From contig SHNE01000033.1 of assembly GCA_004295015.1 (NCBI GenBank), positions 75,421 to 139,420 on the forward strand: a stretch of DNA of 64,000 nt, read 5' to 3'. The stretch is from Bacteroidota bacterium (lineage in GTDB: Bacteria > Bacteroidota > Bacteroidia > AKYH767-A > 2013-40CM-41-45). Below are positions 1-9,019 of the stretch, in pieces. The notes beneath the pieces were generated by a model. The model made no database searches. It was given only the letters and a program-made list of their open reading frames with translations, and had not been told where the DNA came from. Positions within the stretch are counted from its first letter, which is position 1. Each line of letters opens with the position of its first letter. The position numbers were made by a program, and so were the translations under genes.

Positions 1-1070
1 ACTTTCTTTGCGTTAACAGGAATCAAATTGCAGAGTATTGTACAACTTCCGGTACTTTAGGAAATCCCGTTACAATAGCCTTGACAGCAAACGATTTGGA
101 TCGGCTGGCTTATAATGAACATCAGTCATTCCTTACAGCAGGAGCAAGTTCTGATGATATTTTTCAGTTCATGCTAAGTCTTGACCGTCAGTTTATGGCC
201 GGCATAGCCTATTATTCAGGGGTGAGAAGACTCGGTGCCGGACTTGTGCGCGTTGGTCCTGGAAATGCAGCAATGCAACTCGATGCTATCAATCGTTTTC
301 AACCCACAATTCTAATTGCTGTACCTTCTTTTCTTATTTCAGTGATAAAGACCGCCAAAGAGAAAAATATTAATTTGAATAAAACTTCCGTGAAGAAAGT
401 AATTTGTATAGGTGAAAATATTCGGGATACAGATTTTGCATTCAATACTCTGGGAAAGAGAATTCGCGACGATTGGAATATTGAGCTTTATTCGACTTAC
501 GCTTCCACTGAGAAACAAACAGCTTTTACCGAATGCAGTCACGGAACAGGTGGGCATCACATACCTGAACTTATTATTTATGAAGTGTTGGATGAGAATA
601 ATAAAATGGTTGAGCCCGGACTTGCGGGTGAACTGGTTATTACAACGTTGGCAGTTGAAGGAATGCCACTCCTGAGATACAGAACGGGAGATGTTTGCAG
701 CTATCATATCGAACCTTGCCAATGTGGAAGGATGACTAGCCGATTAAGTCCGATAATCGGACGAAGGAAGCACATGATTAAATATAATGGTACGACTCTC
801 TATCCGCAGACGATTTATAACGTGTTGAACATTCAGGAAGATATTGAAGACTATGCGATCGTTGTGACAAAAAATGAACTTGGTACAGATAATCTGGAAC
901 TGGTTATAGCCGGCGATGAAAAATCACTACAACAAAACCTGAGTAAATTATTGCAGTCTGCCTTACGCATCGCACCCGCAATCCGCTTTACAGCTTTGGC
1001 AGAAGTTCAGCAACTTCAAATGCGAAATGCAGGTAGAAAACCGAATAAACTTATCGATTTGAGATCTTAG
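1..1070 (+). CDS. Phenylacetate-CoA ligase (PaaK)/coenzyme F390 synthetase-like adenylate-forming enzyme. 5' end truncated by the window edge.
   Basis: The reading frame stays open to nt 3 (…YCTTSGTLGNPVTIALTANDL), which matches the PaaK AMP-binding motif SSGTTGKP..YT..DL. The C-terminal region is PaaK-like. Confidence 0.6.
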   Translation, partial: FLCVNRNQIAEYCTTSGTLGNPVTIALTANDLDRLAYNEHQSFLTAGASSDDIFQFMLSLDRQFMAGIAYYSGVRRLGAGLVRVGPGNAAMQLDAINRFQPTILIAVPSFLISVIKTAKEKNINLNKTSVKKVICIGENIRDTDFAFNTLGKRIRDDWNIELYSTYASTEKQTAFTECSHGTGGHHIPELIIYEVLDENNKMVEPGLAGELVITTLAVEGMPLLRYRTGDVCSYHIEPCQCGRMTSRLSPIIGRRKHMIKYNGTTLYPQTIYNVLNIQEDIEDYAIVVTKNELGTDNLELVIAGDEKSLQQNLSKLLQSALRIAPAIRFTALAEVQQLQMRNAGRKPNKLIDLRS

Positions 1071-1168
1071 TGTATATTATTGAAATACAAGATAATATAG
1101 GTGTATATTTTTCCTGAAATTGATCACTGAGTTTATATTTCAAGCAATTTCTTTTTATATTTGCGGCC

Positions 1169-1184
1169 TTAACCAAATGGTTAA
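1169..1184. promoter_or_regulatory. Putative TetR operator: perfect 16-bp palindrome TTAACCA-AA-TGGTTAA, 4 nt upstream of the tetR ATG. An overlapping near-palindrome TGGTTAAACCA follows.
   Basis: Read directly from the sequence. The 7-bp inverted arms with a 2-bp spacer, overlapping the regulator's own start, are typical of TetR autoregulation. Confidence 0.5.
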
Positions 1185-1187
1185 ACC

Positions 1188-1817
1188 ATGGAAGTAAAGG
1201 AATTGAAAGATAAAAATGCAGAAGTGAAGATTCTGGACGCAGCCCGCAAGATTTTTCTTGAAAAGGGATTGGCAGGAGCACGTATGCAAGACATCGCCAA
1301 TGAAGCATGTTTGAACAAAGCATTGCTTCATTATTATTATCGTTCAAAAGAAAAATTATTTCAAACAATATTTCAGGATGAGTTGTTGAACTTCTTTAAT
1401 AACATGCAGGAGATAATGAATGCTCCTATCACTTTATTTGAAAAAATTGAGCTGCTTGTTGCGAAAGAAATTGATACGATGAATTCTTGTCCCCGTTTAC
1501 CCATTTTCATAATGAATGAATTGACGCAAGACCCGGATTCCTGCCTAATGAAAATGAAAAACATGGAAATGCATAAGTTGTATGCCAAATTCCGGAATGA
1601 AGTAGTGGCAGAGATCGAGAAAGGAACAATTAAAAAAGTTAATCCGGATCACCTCTTTCTAAATTTATTAGCCATGACAGGTTATCCTTTCATGGCCAAA
1701 CCTGTGGTTCAGGGATTGTTTGAATTGAATGAAGATGGCTACTCAGATTTTATAGAACAACATAAAAAAGACGTCAGTAAATTCATAATTGACTCCCTGA
1801 TTCCCATACCAAATTGA
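1188..1817 (+). CDS. TetR/AcrR family transcriptional regulator
   Basis: N-terminal HTH signature (…AARKIFLEKGLAGARMQDIANEACLNKALLHYYYRSKEKLF…), 209 aa. Confidence 0.85.
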   Translation: MEVKELKDKNAEVKILDAARKIFLEKGLAGARMQDIANEACLNKALLHYYYRSKEKLFQTIFQDELLNFFNNMQEIMNAPITLFEKIELLVAKEIDTMNSCPRLPIFIMNELTQDPDSCLMKMKNMEMHKLYAKFRNEVVAEIEKGTIKKVNPDHLFLNLLAMTGYPFMAKPVVQGLFELNEDGYSDFIEQHKKDVSKFIIDSLIPIPN

Positions 1818-1863
1818 ACATTGTTTACACACTGAAAATATCTTAACACTAAATTAATATTTT

Positions 1864-3189
1864 ATGAATCCTGAAATAAAACCTGCCGAAGGCAAACTTG
1901 GAATCCTCACTGTCGGATTAGGTGCCGTCTCCACAACTTTGATAGCCGGGGTATTGGCTATACGTAATGGAACTGATCTTCCAATAGGTTCTTACTCTCA
2001 ACTTGGAACCATTCGTCTCGGTAAAAGGACCGAGCACAGAAATCCGCTTGTAAAAGATTTTGTTCCACTCGCAAAAATGAATGACATTGTCTTTGGAGCC
2101 TGGGATATATTTGAAGATAATGCTTATGAATCTGCTATCACTGCCGGAGTTCTGGATGAACATAAGCATCTGCACGCCTTGAAGACTGAGTTGGAACAAA
2201 TCAAACCGATGAAAGCAGTTTTTGATGCGGCTTATGTCAGAAAGTTAAATGGGCAGCACATCAAAAAGCTCAAAACAAAAATGGAGCAGGCTGAAGCCCT
2301 TATCGAAGATATCAGAACTTTCAAGGCTACGAATAATTGCGAACGAACGGTGATGATTTGGTGTGCATCTACTGAAATTTACATTGAGCAAAGTCCGGTT
2401 CATCAGACTTTGGAAAAATTTGAAGAAGGTCTTCGTAATAACGACCCGGCCATTGCTCCATCGATGATTTATACCTATGCCTCATTAAAATCAGGAGTTC
2501 CATTTGCTAACGGTGCACCAAATTTGTCTTGCGACATTCCTGCAATGGAAGAGCTTGCACTATTAATGAATGTACCTATCGCAGGGAAGGATTTCAAGAC
2601 CGGCCAAACACTAATGAAAACAATTTTGGCACCCGGCCTAAAGTCACGTGCTCTCGGAATTCGTGGTTGGTTTTCTACAAATATTCTTGGAAACCGTGAT
2701 GGAGAAGTTTTAGATGATCCGGATAGCTTCAAAACCAAAGAGGTTTCAAAACTTTCCGTTCTTGAAAATATTCTTGAGCCCGGTTTACATCCTGAATTAT
2801 ACCGCGACCTGTACCATAAAGTGAGAATCAATTATTACCCTCCACACGGTGATAATAAAGAAAGTTGGGACAATATTGATATCACAGGATGGCTAGGATA
2901 CCAGATGCAGATAAAAATCAATTTCCTTTGTCGTGATTCAATACTTGCAGCACCCGTTGTACTTGATTTGGCTCTATTCCTCGATCTTGCACAAAGAGCT
3001 AAGATGAGTGGTATTCAGGAGTGGCTATCATTTTATTTTAAATCGCCGCAAACTGCAAAAGGGCTTCCACCACAGCATGATATTTTCAAGCAATTGATGA
3101 AATTAGAAAATACCCTCAGACACATTCAGGGTGAAGATCTGATTACTCACTTAGGGCTTGATTACTATGAGGAGTTTATTGAAGCCTGA
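1864..3189 (+). CDS. myo-inositol-1-phosphate synthase (inositol-3-phosphate synthase, MIPS)
   Basis: 441 aa with a MIPS-family NAD-binding N-terminus and catalytic core motifs (…FANGAPN…, …SYNHLGNRDG-like region). Confidence 0.85.
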   Translation: MNPEIKPAEGKLGILTVGLGAVSTTLIAGVLAIRNGTDLPIGSYSQLGTIRLGKRTEHRNPLVKDFVPLAKMNDIVFGAWDIFEDNAYESAITAGVLDEHKHLHALKTELEQIKPMKAVFDAAYVRKLNGQHIKKLKTKMEQAEALIEDIRTFKATNNCERTVMIWCASTEIYIEQSPVHQTLEKFEEGLRNNDPAIAPSMIYTYASLKSGVPFANGAPNLSCDIPAMEELALLMNVPIAGKDFKTGQTLMKTILAPGLKSRALGIRGWFSTNILGNRDGEVLDDPDSFKTKEVSKLSVLENILEPGLHPELYRDLYHKVRINYYPPHGDNKESWDNIDITGWLGYQMQIKINFLCRDSILAAPVVLDLALFLDLAQRAKMSGIQEWLSFYFKSPQTAKGLPPQHDIFKQLMKLENTLRHIQGEDLITHLGLDYYEEFIEA

Positions 3190-3644
3190 TGAATCGTGGC
3201 TTTGAAAAACTCAGTGCCACTGCATTCGGTATCGGATACCTGCCGCTTGCTCCGGGTACCTGGGCTTCTTTAGCTGCAGTAAGTCTCTGGTATTTTCTTC
3301 AGCAAAATATTGTCTTTACCGCAGGTCTTCAGTTGCTGGCAGTTTCAGCTTCAGTAATCATAGGAATCTGGAGTTCGGTTCGCCTGGAGAATGTATGGGG
3401 TAAGGATCCTTCAAAAATTGTCATTGACGAATGGGCAGGGATGTGGATCACTCTTTTATTCCTACCTGCCGACTGGAGAATTCTTATTTTGGCTTTACTG
3501 GTTTTCAGAATTCTGGATATTTGGAAGCCATCGATAATTAAAAGAGCTGAAGAAATCAAAGGTGGTTGGGGAGTGATGATGGATGATATTATTGCCGGAG
3601 TAATAGGAAATGTTCTGATCCGGATAGTTTTATGGATGATTTGA
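3189..3644 (+). CDS. PgpA-like phosphatidylglycerophosphatase A family protein, likely phosphatidylinositol-phosphate phosphatase
   Basis: PgpA motifs GTWAS, IDEWAGMW and DDIIAG. The start overlaps the MIPS stop (TGATG). Confidence 0.75.
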   Translation: MNRGFEKLSATAFGIGYLPLAPGTWASLAAVSLWYFLQQNIVFTAGLQLLAVSASVIIGIWSSVRLENVWGKDPSKIVIDEWAGMWITLLFLPADWRILILALLVFRILDIWKPSIIKRAEEIKGGWGVMMDDIIAGVIGNVLIRIVLWMI

Positions 3645-4087
3645 TGATACAAAAAAAGTCTTTTGTCGGTACTGTAATTTCTGGAGAAACTAAGCAAGGT
3701 GTTAAAACGACAAACTTTTTCACCTATTTAAGATCACAGTTTGTTGCACTAACAGCCACGGCATCTGATTTTGCACTGACTATATTTTTAAAAGAAATTA
3801 TCGGAATTTGGTATCTGAGTGCTGTAGGATTTGGGGCAGCTGTTGGTGCCCTGGTGGCATTTTGGCTGAACAGAAATTGGGTATTCAAATCAAAAAGAAA
3901 TTCAGTACGTATTCAGGCCTTTCGATATGCTGTGGTTGCCGCAGGAAGTTGGGTTTTGAATACCGGCGGTGTATATCTTCTAACTGAATCACTTGATATT
4001 TCGTATCTCTATTCGAAAATTATCGTTTCTATTCTTATTGGCCTCTCTTATAATTATATTTTGGCTAAAAGATTTGTGTTTGTATGA
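3632..4087 (+). CDS. GtrA family membrane protein (polysaccharide/lipid-linked sugar translocation family)
   Basis: About 150 aa with 4 TM helices and a GtrA-like conserved C-terminal segment (NYILAKRFVF). Overlaps the pgpA-like stop; an alternative start is at 3644. Confidence 0.7.
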   Translation: MDDLMIQKKSFVGTVISGETKQGVKTTNFFTYLRSQFVALTATASDFALTIFLKEIIGIWYLSAVGFGAAVGALVAFWLNRNWVFKSKRNSVRIQAFRYAVVAAGSWVLNTGGVYLLTESLDISYLYSKIIVSILIGLSYNYILAKRFVFV

Positions 4088-6651
4088 TGCGCCGATTGAC
4101 TGCAGTTATCCCCGTATTGATTCTTTTTATTCTGCCATTAATCATGACAGGACAGACAGTAGTTCCTTTTACCATCGTAAAAGGAGTGGTTACTGATGCT
4201 GAAACCGGGGAACCTTTACCATTTGTAAATATTCTTGCAGATGGTTCTAAAGCTATGGGGACAACCACCGACTTTAGTGGACAGTTTGTCCTCCAAAACC
4301 TTGAGCCATTTACAAAGATCCGTGTATCCTACCTGGGCTATAAAACTCAAACCAAGACTGTCCAAGCCTACAAGACTCAGAATTTTAATTTCAAATTGCA
4401 AAGAGAAACAAAGGAATTAAAGGAAGTAACGATCAAAGCCGGAAAACGTCGATACAGAAATAAAGATAATCCTGCCGTTCAATTAATTCAACTGGTCATT
4501 GATCATAAGGATGAAAACAGAAAGGATGCTGTGGACGCATATGAGGTAGAGAAGTATGAGAAAGTTCAATTTGCCCTCAGTAATATTACCGAGAAATTTA
4601 AAAACCGAAAATTTCTTAAAAAGTTTCAGTTCATTTTTGAGAACATCGATACTACCAGTCTTAAAGGAAAGGAGATTCTGCCTGTTTACCTGACTGAGAC
4701 AATTTCAGAATTATACTATAGAAAAGATCCAAAAGCGAATAAAGAGCTTGTGCAGGGTACTCGAAAAGTAAATTTCGATAAGTATTTTGATAACCAGGGA
4801 ATTTCGAAATTCATTCAATACCTGATTCAGGAGATAGACATCTACAAGAATAATATTACCATTCTAACGAATCAGTTTGTGAGTCCGATTTCTGACATCG
4901 CTCCAACTTTTTATCGATATTATATTCTGGATACCTTGATGATTGATACAACACGCTGTATTAAACTAGGTTTCTTTCCCAGAAATAAGTCAGATTTTCT
5001 ATTGCAGGGAGATTTATATATCACCCTTGATAGTAATTATGCCGTCAGACGAAATGAAATGGCTGTAAGTCCTGATATCAATTTGAATTTTGTTAAAGAA
5101 CTGAAAATTGCACAAGACTATAAACAGGCAAAGGCAGGAGAATGGATGCTTAATACCGATGAGATCGCCATAGACTTTGGCGTTGGTGCAAATGGTCTCG
5201 GCCTTTTCGGTCAGCGGTCGGTCTCCTATAAAGATTATATCATAGGTGAACCTAAAGAGGAGTCATTTTACAAAGAGATCGTCGAATTTATTCCGGATAG
5301 TATCTCTGATAGAGGAGATAAGTTTTGGGACGATTCCAGACACCTTGAACTGACAAAGTCAGAAGCCGGTGTTATTGCGATGATGGATACCATTCAAAAA
5401 ATTCCGGCATTTCGTCGGGCAATGAACCTTATGATTCTACTGGTTGCGGGATATAGAGATATAGGTGGTTTTGAAATTGGTCCTGTAAACACTTTTTATA
5501 ATTACAATCCGATCGAAGGTGTTCGTGTCCGCTTAGGTGGACGAACTACACAGGATTTCAGCAAAAGGCTGAACCTGGAAATGTATGGAGCCTATGCTTT
5601 TTTAGATGACCGTTGGAAGTATTATGCCGGGGCAACGTATGCTTTGAAAAAGAATTACAAATACAATGAGTGGCCTTTAAAAACAATGAAACTTTCTTAC
5701 CAGGACGATACCAAAATTCCCGGACAAGAGCTTCAGTTTGTTCAGGAGGACAATGTGTTACTGTCCTTTAAAAGGGGAGAAAACACTAAACTGCTTTACA
5801 ATAAGATTTTCAACCTGGAGTATTTGAATGAATTTAGAAATCATTTTTCTGTGGGACTTGGATTCAAGCGTTGGGAGCAAAGTGCTGCAGGTTCATTGTA
5901 TTTTAATCCTGTTGTGTATAACGATTTTCCTCAGACAGAAATTCCTTCACTCACCACTTCTGAAGTGATCGTGAATTTACGTTATGCGCCACACGAACAG
6001 TTCTATCAGGGAAAAACCTATCGCATACCAATGTTTAACCGTTATCCGATATTTTCTCTCAGAGTAGCAGCAGGATTTAAAGGTTTAGCGGGAGGGGAGC
6101 AGGATTACCAGAATATTTCCTTCAGTGTAATGAAACGTTTTTACCCTTCACCCATCGGTTATACAGATATGTTTCTTGAGTACGGACAGATTTTCGGAAC
6201 AGTCCCTTATCCCTTGCTTTCCATACACAGAGCAAATCAAACCTATTCTTATCAGTTACAGTCGTATAATCTGATGAATTTTCTTGAATTTGTAAGTGAT
6301 CGATATGTTGCTTTTAATATAGACCATTATTTCAATGGATTTATTTTCAATAAACTACCTTTACTAAAAAAATTGAAGCTACGGGAAGTTGTAACCATGA
6401 AAGTATTGTATGGTGGAATTTCTGATAAGAACCTGCCTGAGAATAATGCCTCCTTATACAAATTTCCACTTACAAATGATGGTCAAACGCTGACCCATAG
6501 CCTTGAGAAAAAGCCCTACATTGAAGCAAGTATAGGCATTGCCAACATATTTAAACTATTCCGTATCGATTTGATCAGAAGGTTTAGCTACCTTGAACAT
6601 CCCGGTGTTGATGAGATTGGTATCCGTGGAAGATTTAAATTTGACTTCTGA
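4084..6651 (+). CDS. DUF5686 protein with N-terminal carboxypeptidase-regulatory-like domain
   Basis: Signal peptide, a CarbopepD_reg-like beta-sandwich (…VKGVVTDAETGEPLPFVNI…), then a ~750-aa DUF5686-like body. ATGA overlap with the upstream gene. Confidence 0.7.
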   Translation: MMRRLTAVIPVLILFILPLIMTGQTVVPFTIVKGVVTDAETGEPLPFVNILADGSKAMGTTTDFSGQFVLQNLEPFTKIRVSYLGYKTQTKTVQAYKTQNFNFKLQRETKELKEVTIKAGKRRYRNKDNPAVQLIQLVIDHKDENRKDAVDAYEVEKYEKVQFALSNITEKFKNRKFLKKFQFIFENIDTTSLKGKEILPVYLTETISELYYRKDPKANKELVQGTRKVNFDKYFDNQGISKFIQYLIQEIDIYKNNITILTNQFVSPISDIAPTFYRYYILDTLMIDTTRCIKLGFFPRNKSDFLLQGDLYITLDSNYAVRRNEMAVSPDINLNFVKELKIAQDYKQAKAGEWMLNTDEIAIDFGVGANGLGLFGQRSVSYKDYIIGEPKEESFYKEIVEFIPDSISDRGDKFWDDSRHLELTKSEAGVIAMMDTIQKIPAFRRAMNLMILLVAGYRDIGGFEIGPVNTFYNYNPIEGVRVRLGGRTTQDFSKRLNLEMYGAYAFLDDRWKYYAGATYALKKNYKYNEWPLKTMKLSYQDDTKIPGQELQFVQEDNVLLSFKRGENTKLLYNKIFNLEYLNEFRNHFSVGLGFKRWEQSAAGSLYFNPVVYNDFPQTEIPSLTTSEVIVNLRYAPHEQFYQGKTYRIPMFNRYPIFSLRVAAGFKGLAGGEQDYQNISFSVMKRFYPSPIGYTDMFLEYGQIFGTVPYPLLSIHRANQTYSYQLQSYNLMNFLEFVSDRYVAFNIDHYFNGFIFNKLPLLKKLKLREVVTMKVLYGGISDKNLPENNASLYKFPLTNDGQTLTHSLEKKPYIEASIGIANIFKLFRIDLIRRFSYLEHPGVDEIGIRGRFKFDF

Positions 6652-6663
6652 AAATTTCGTTTG

Positions 6664-7386
6664 ATGACATTTAGAGATAAAGCTCAAAAATCACTGCATA
6701 GTATTCTTCATCCTATTGTGAAGGGGTTTATTGCCTTGGGATTAACTCCCAATATAGTTACTTCAATAGGTTTGTTGTTGAATGTGGGTGTAACTATTGT
6801 TTTTATTCAAGGAGCCGAGTATGGAGAGAGAACCGACCTGTCTTATCTGGGTTGGGCAGGTGCTTTAATACTCTTTGCCGGTTTGTTTGATATGATTGAT
6901 GGTCAGGTTGCACGCATCGGGAAAATGTCTTCTAAATTTGGGGCATTATATGATTCCGTTCTTGACCGCTACAGCGAACTTTTTATGTTTTTGGGTATTT
7001 GTTATTACCTGGTTGCTCATCATTATTTTATAAGCTCTTTGATCGGTTTTATTGCGATGATTGGTTCCATGATGGTTAGCTATACCCGTGCAAGGGCAGA
7101 AGGCCTGGGGGTTCCATGCAAGGATGGACTAATGCAAAGGCCTGAAAGAGTTATTCTCATTGGTGTTTCGGCTTTACTTTGCGGGCTCATTACTGAAAAT
7201 TCAGGTGGTCCGCAAAAGTGGAATTTTGAATGGTGGCCTTTTTATCCTCTCGAATCCATTTCAATTTTTGTAATTCCTCTTACCTTTGTAGCAATAATGG
7301 CAAATTATACTGCATTTCAGAGATTGTATACATGTTATGAATACCTGAAGCATAACGGGGATGGGAGAGATGTTTCTGAAAAGTAG
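6664..7386 (+). CDS. CDP-alcohol phosphatidyltransferase, likely phosphatidylinositol-phosphate synthase
   Basis: Motif D-G-x2-A-R-x8-G-x3-D-x3-D is present (DMIDGQVARIGKMSSKFGALYDSVLDRYSE). Multi-TM protein. Confidence 0.8.
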   Translation: MTFRDKAQKSLHSILHPIVKGFIALGLTPNIVTSIGLLLNVGVTIVFIQGAEYGERTDLSYLGWAGALILFAGLFDMIDGQVARIGKMSSKFGALYDSVLDRYSELFMFLGICYYLVAHHYFISSLIGFIAMIGSMMVSYTRARAEGLGVPCKDGLMQRPERVILIGVSALLCGLITENSGGPQKWNFEWWPFYPLESISIFVIPLTFVAIMANYTAFQRLYTCYEYLKHNGDGRDVSEK

Positions 7387-7963
7387 CATTCGAATTTGGC
7401 AGTCTGTTTTTCTGAAAGGCTTTCTGTTTTTTCTGGCGCCATTTGCAGCGCATGGAGCCTTTCAACTTAAACCGGAACTATATGGTGGTTGGAACTATCC
7501 AGTTCCACCGACAAATTCGAAGACATTATTTTATGTGCAGCGAAGCAATAACAATAATGCAATTGTTTACGAAATGAATTTAAATGCCGACAGCACAATC
7601 AACAGAGCAGAGCCTGTTCATGTTTATTGGATTCGCTATTCATCAGATTCAACGAAGGCCGAACTCACTTATATTCAGAAAAAGTATGCCTATGGAGTTA
7701 AAAGTGTGGAGATTGAAGGGAAAAGCGGACAGTTCATTTTGAATTTCGTATCTTATGATAAAAAGAAGTTTTACCTCGTAAAGTCAAGAGAAGGAAATAT
7801 GTATCAGGCATTAACTATGATTGACGGAAAGATGGCTGTATTGGAAAAAGTATTCATCCAACTCAACGGAGGGACTTTTTGGTTTCCCACAATCGATGAA
7901 ATTGTTTTGCATGGAAGGGATCCCTTAACCAAGGAGAAATTAGTAGAACATTTTATCCCGTAA
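7361..7963 (+). CDS. DUF4833-like secreted protein
   Basis: Signal peptide, then a region resembling DUF4833 (…LFYVQRSNNNNAIVYEMNLN…). Overlaps the upstream gene's end. Confidence 0.5.
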   Translation: MGEMFLKSSIRIWQSVFLKGFLFFLAPFAAHGAFQLKPELYGGWNYPVPPTNSKTLFYVQRSNNNNAIVYEMNLNADSTINRAEPVHVYWIRYSSDSTKAELTYIQKKYAYGVKSVEIEGKSGQFILNFVSYDKKKFYLVKSREGNMYQALTMIDGKMAVLEKVFIQLNGGTFWFPTIDEIVLHGRDPLTKEKLVEHFIP

Positions 7964-7964
7964 A

Positions 7965-8924
7965 ATGATTCAGGAGAAAGATACTGCAGTTACAGGAAAG
8001 TCAAGCTGGAAGGGAGTTTCGGCAGTAATGCTGCTTTCATTGATCTATCTGCTGTATTCATATTTCAGCATTGGAATAAGGAACGACCAGCTTATGTTGG
8101 TGGCAATGGTTAACGTGACTTACGTCTTGAATGGAGTTTGGCGCAGGTTTATTCTCGCTTTTTCTATCTTCATTGTCTATTGGATACTGTTTGATTCAAT
8201 GAAATTATTCCCCAATTATCATTTTTCTACGGTAGATATTGAGGGTCTGTATAATTTCGAAAAATCGCTTTTCGGTTTTCAGTCAAATGGTCAACTGATA
8301 ACGCCAAATGAATATTTCATCAGCAACCACAGTACTTTACTCGACATCATTGGTGCAATCTTTTATTTGTCATGGGTTCCTGCGCCATTAGCTCTTTCAT
8401 TTTATTTGTTTCAAAAATATCCGGCACAGTTTCTCCGCTTTTCTCTTGCCTTCTTTCTCACAAATATTATTGGCTTCATTATTTATTATCTGTACCCGGC
8501 AGCACCCCCATGGTATGTTCAGCTTCATGGTTTTGAATTGGACGAGTCAACAAAAAGCTATGCAGCTGGATTGATTCGCTTCGATACATGGAGTGGAACT
8601 AAACTTTTCCAGGATATGTATGCAAAGGGATCAAACGTTTTCGCTGCAATGCCTTCCTTACATTCTGCCTATCCCGTATTGGCTTTCTACTATTCAGCGA
8701 AATTCGGACATAAAAAATTATCCCTCATATTTTTACTTTTTGTTCTCGGAATATGGTTTTCTGCCGTTTACCTGACTCATCATTATATTTTGGATGTGAT
8801 TGCAGGATTGGCTTGTGCGGTATTGTCCATTGTACTTTTTGAAAAAGTATTACTAAAGAGTCCGAGAATCCGGAAATGGATTGCTGAGTATGAAAAATTA
8901 ATATCGAAGAGGCAAAGAGTATAG
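7965..8924 (+). CDS. PAP2-superfamily membrane protein, likely inositol-phosphoceramide synthase (Aur1/IPC-synthase-like)
   Basis: PAP2 motifs PSLHSAYPV and SAVYLTHHYILDVIAG. Multi-TM. Last gene of the inositol operon. Confidence 0.65.
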   Translation: MIQEKDTAVTGKSSWKGVSAVMLLSLIYLLYSYFSIGIRNDQLMLVAMVNVTYVLNGVWRRFILAFSIFIVYWILFDSMKLFPNYHFSTVDIEGLYNFEKSLFGFQSNGQLITPNEYFISNHSTLLDIIGAIFYLSWVPAPLALSFYLFQKYPAQFLRFSLAFFLTNIIGFIIYYLYPAAPPWYVQLHGFELDESTKSYAAGLIRFDTWSGTKLFQDMYAKGSNVFAAMPSLHSAYPVLAFYYSAKFGHKKLSLIFLLFVLGIWFSAVYLTHHYILDVIAGLACAVLSIVLFEKVLLKSPRIRKWIAEYEKLISKRQRV

Positions 8925-9019
8925 TCGGTAATTTTGGATATACCGCAAGAACTGATTTAAAAAAAAAATGCTTGCGGATTTTAAAATCAATCTTTCGGCA
9001 TTTTCAAGCCATTCCTGAC

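Noticed and set aside
339-722. Internal or antisense ORFs inside the PaaK-like gene (339-722 minus, 412-675 plus), with many similar short ORFs inside other well-supported genes
   Set aside because: They lie entirely within higher-confidence CDSs on the other frame or strand. They show no motifs and have atypical composition.
8925-9019. CCGCAAG…CTTGCGG inverted repeat with an A10 tract between the convergent PAP2 and GNAT-like genes
   Set aside because: The stem is 7 bp but the loop is ~20 nt and A-rich. It is a weak hairpin and not confidently a terminator.
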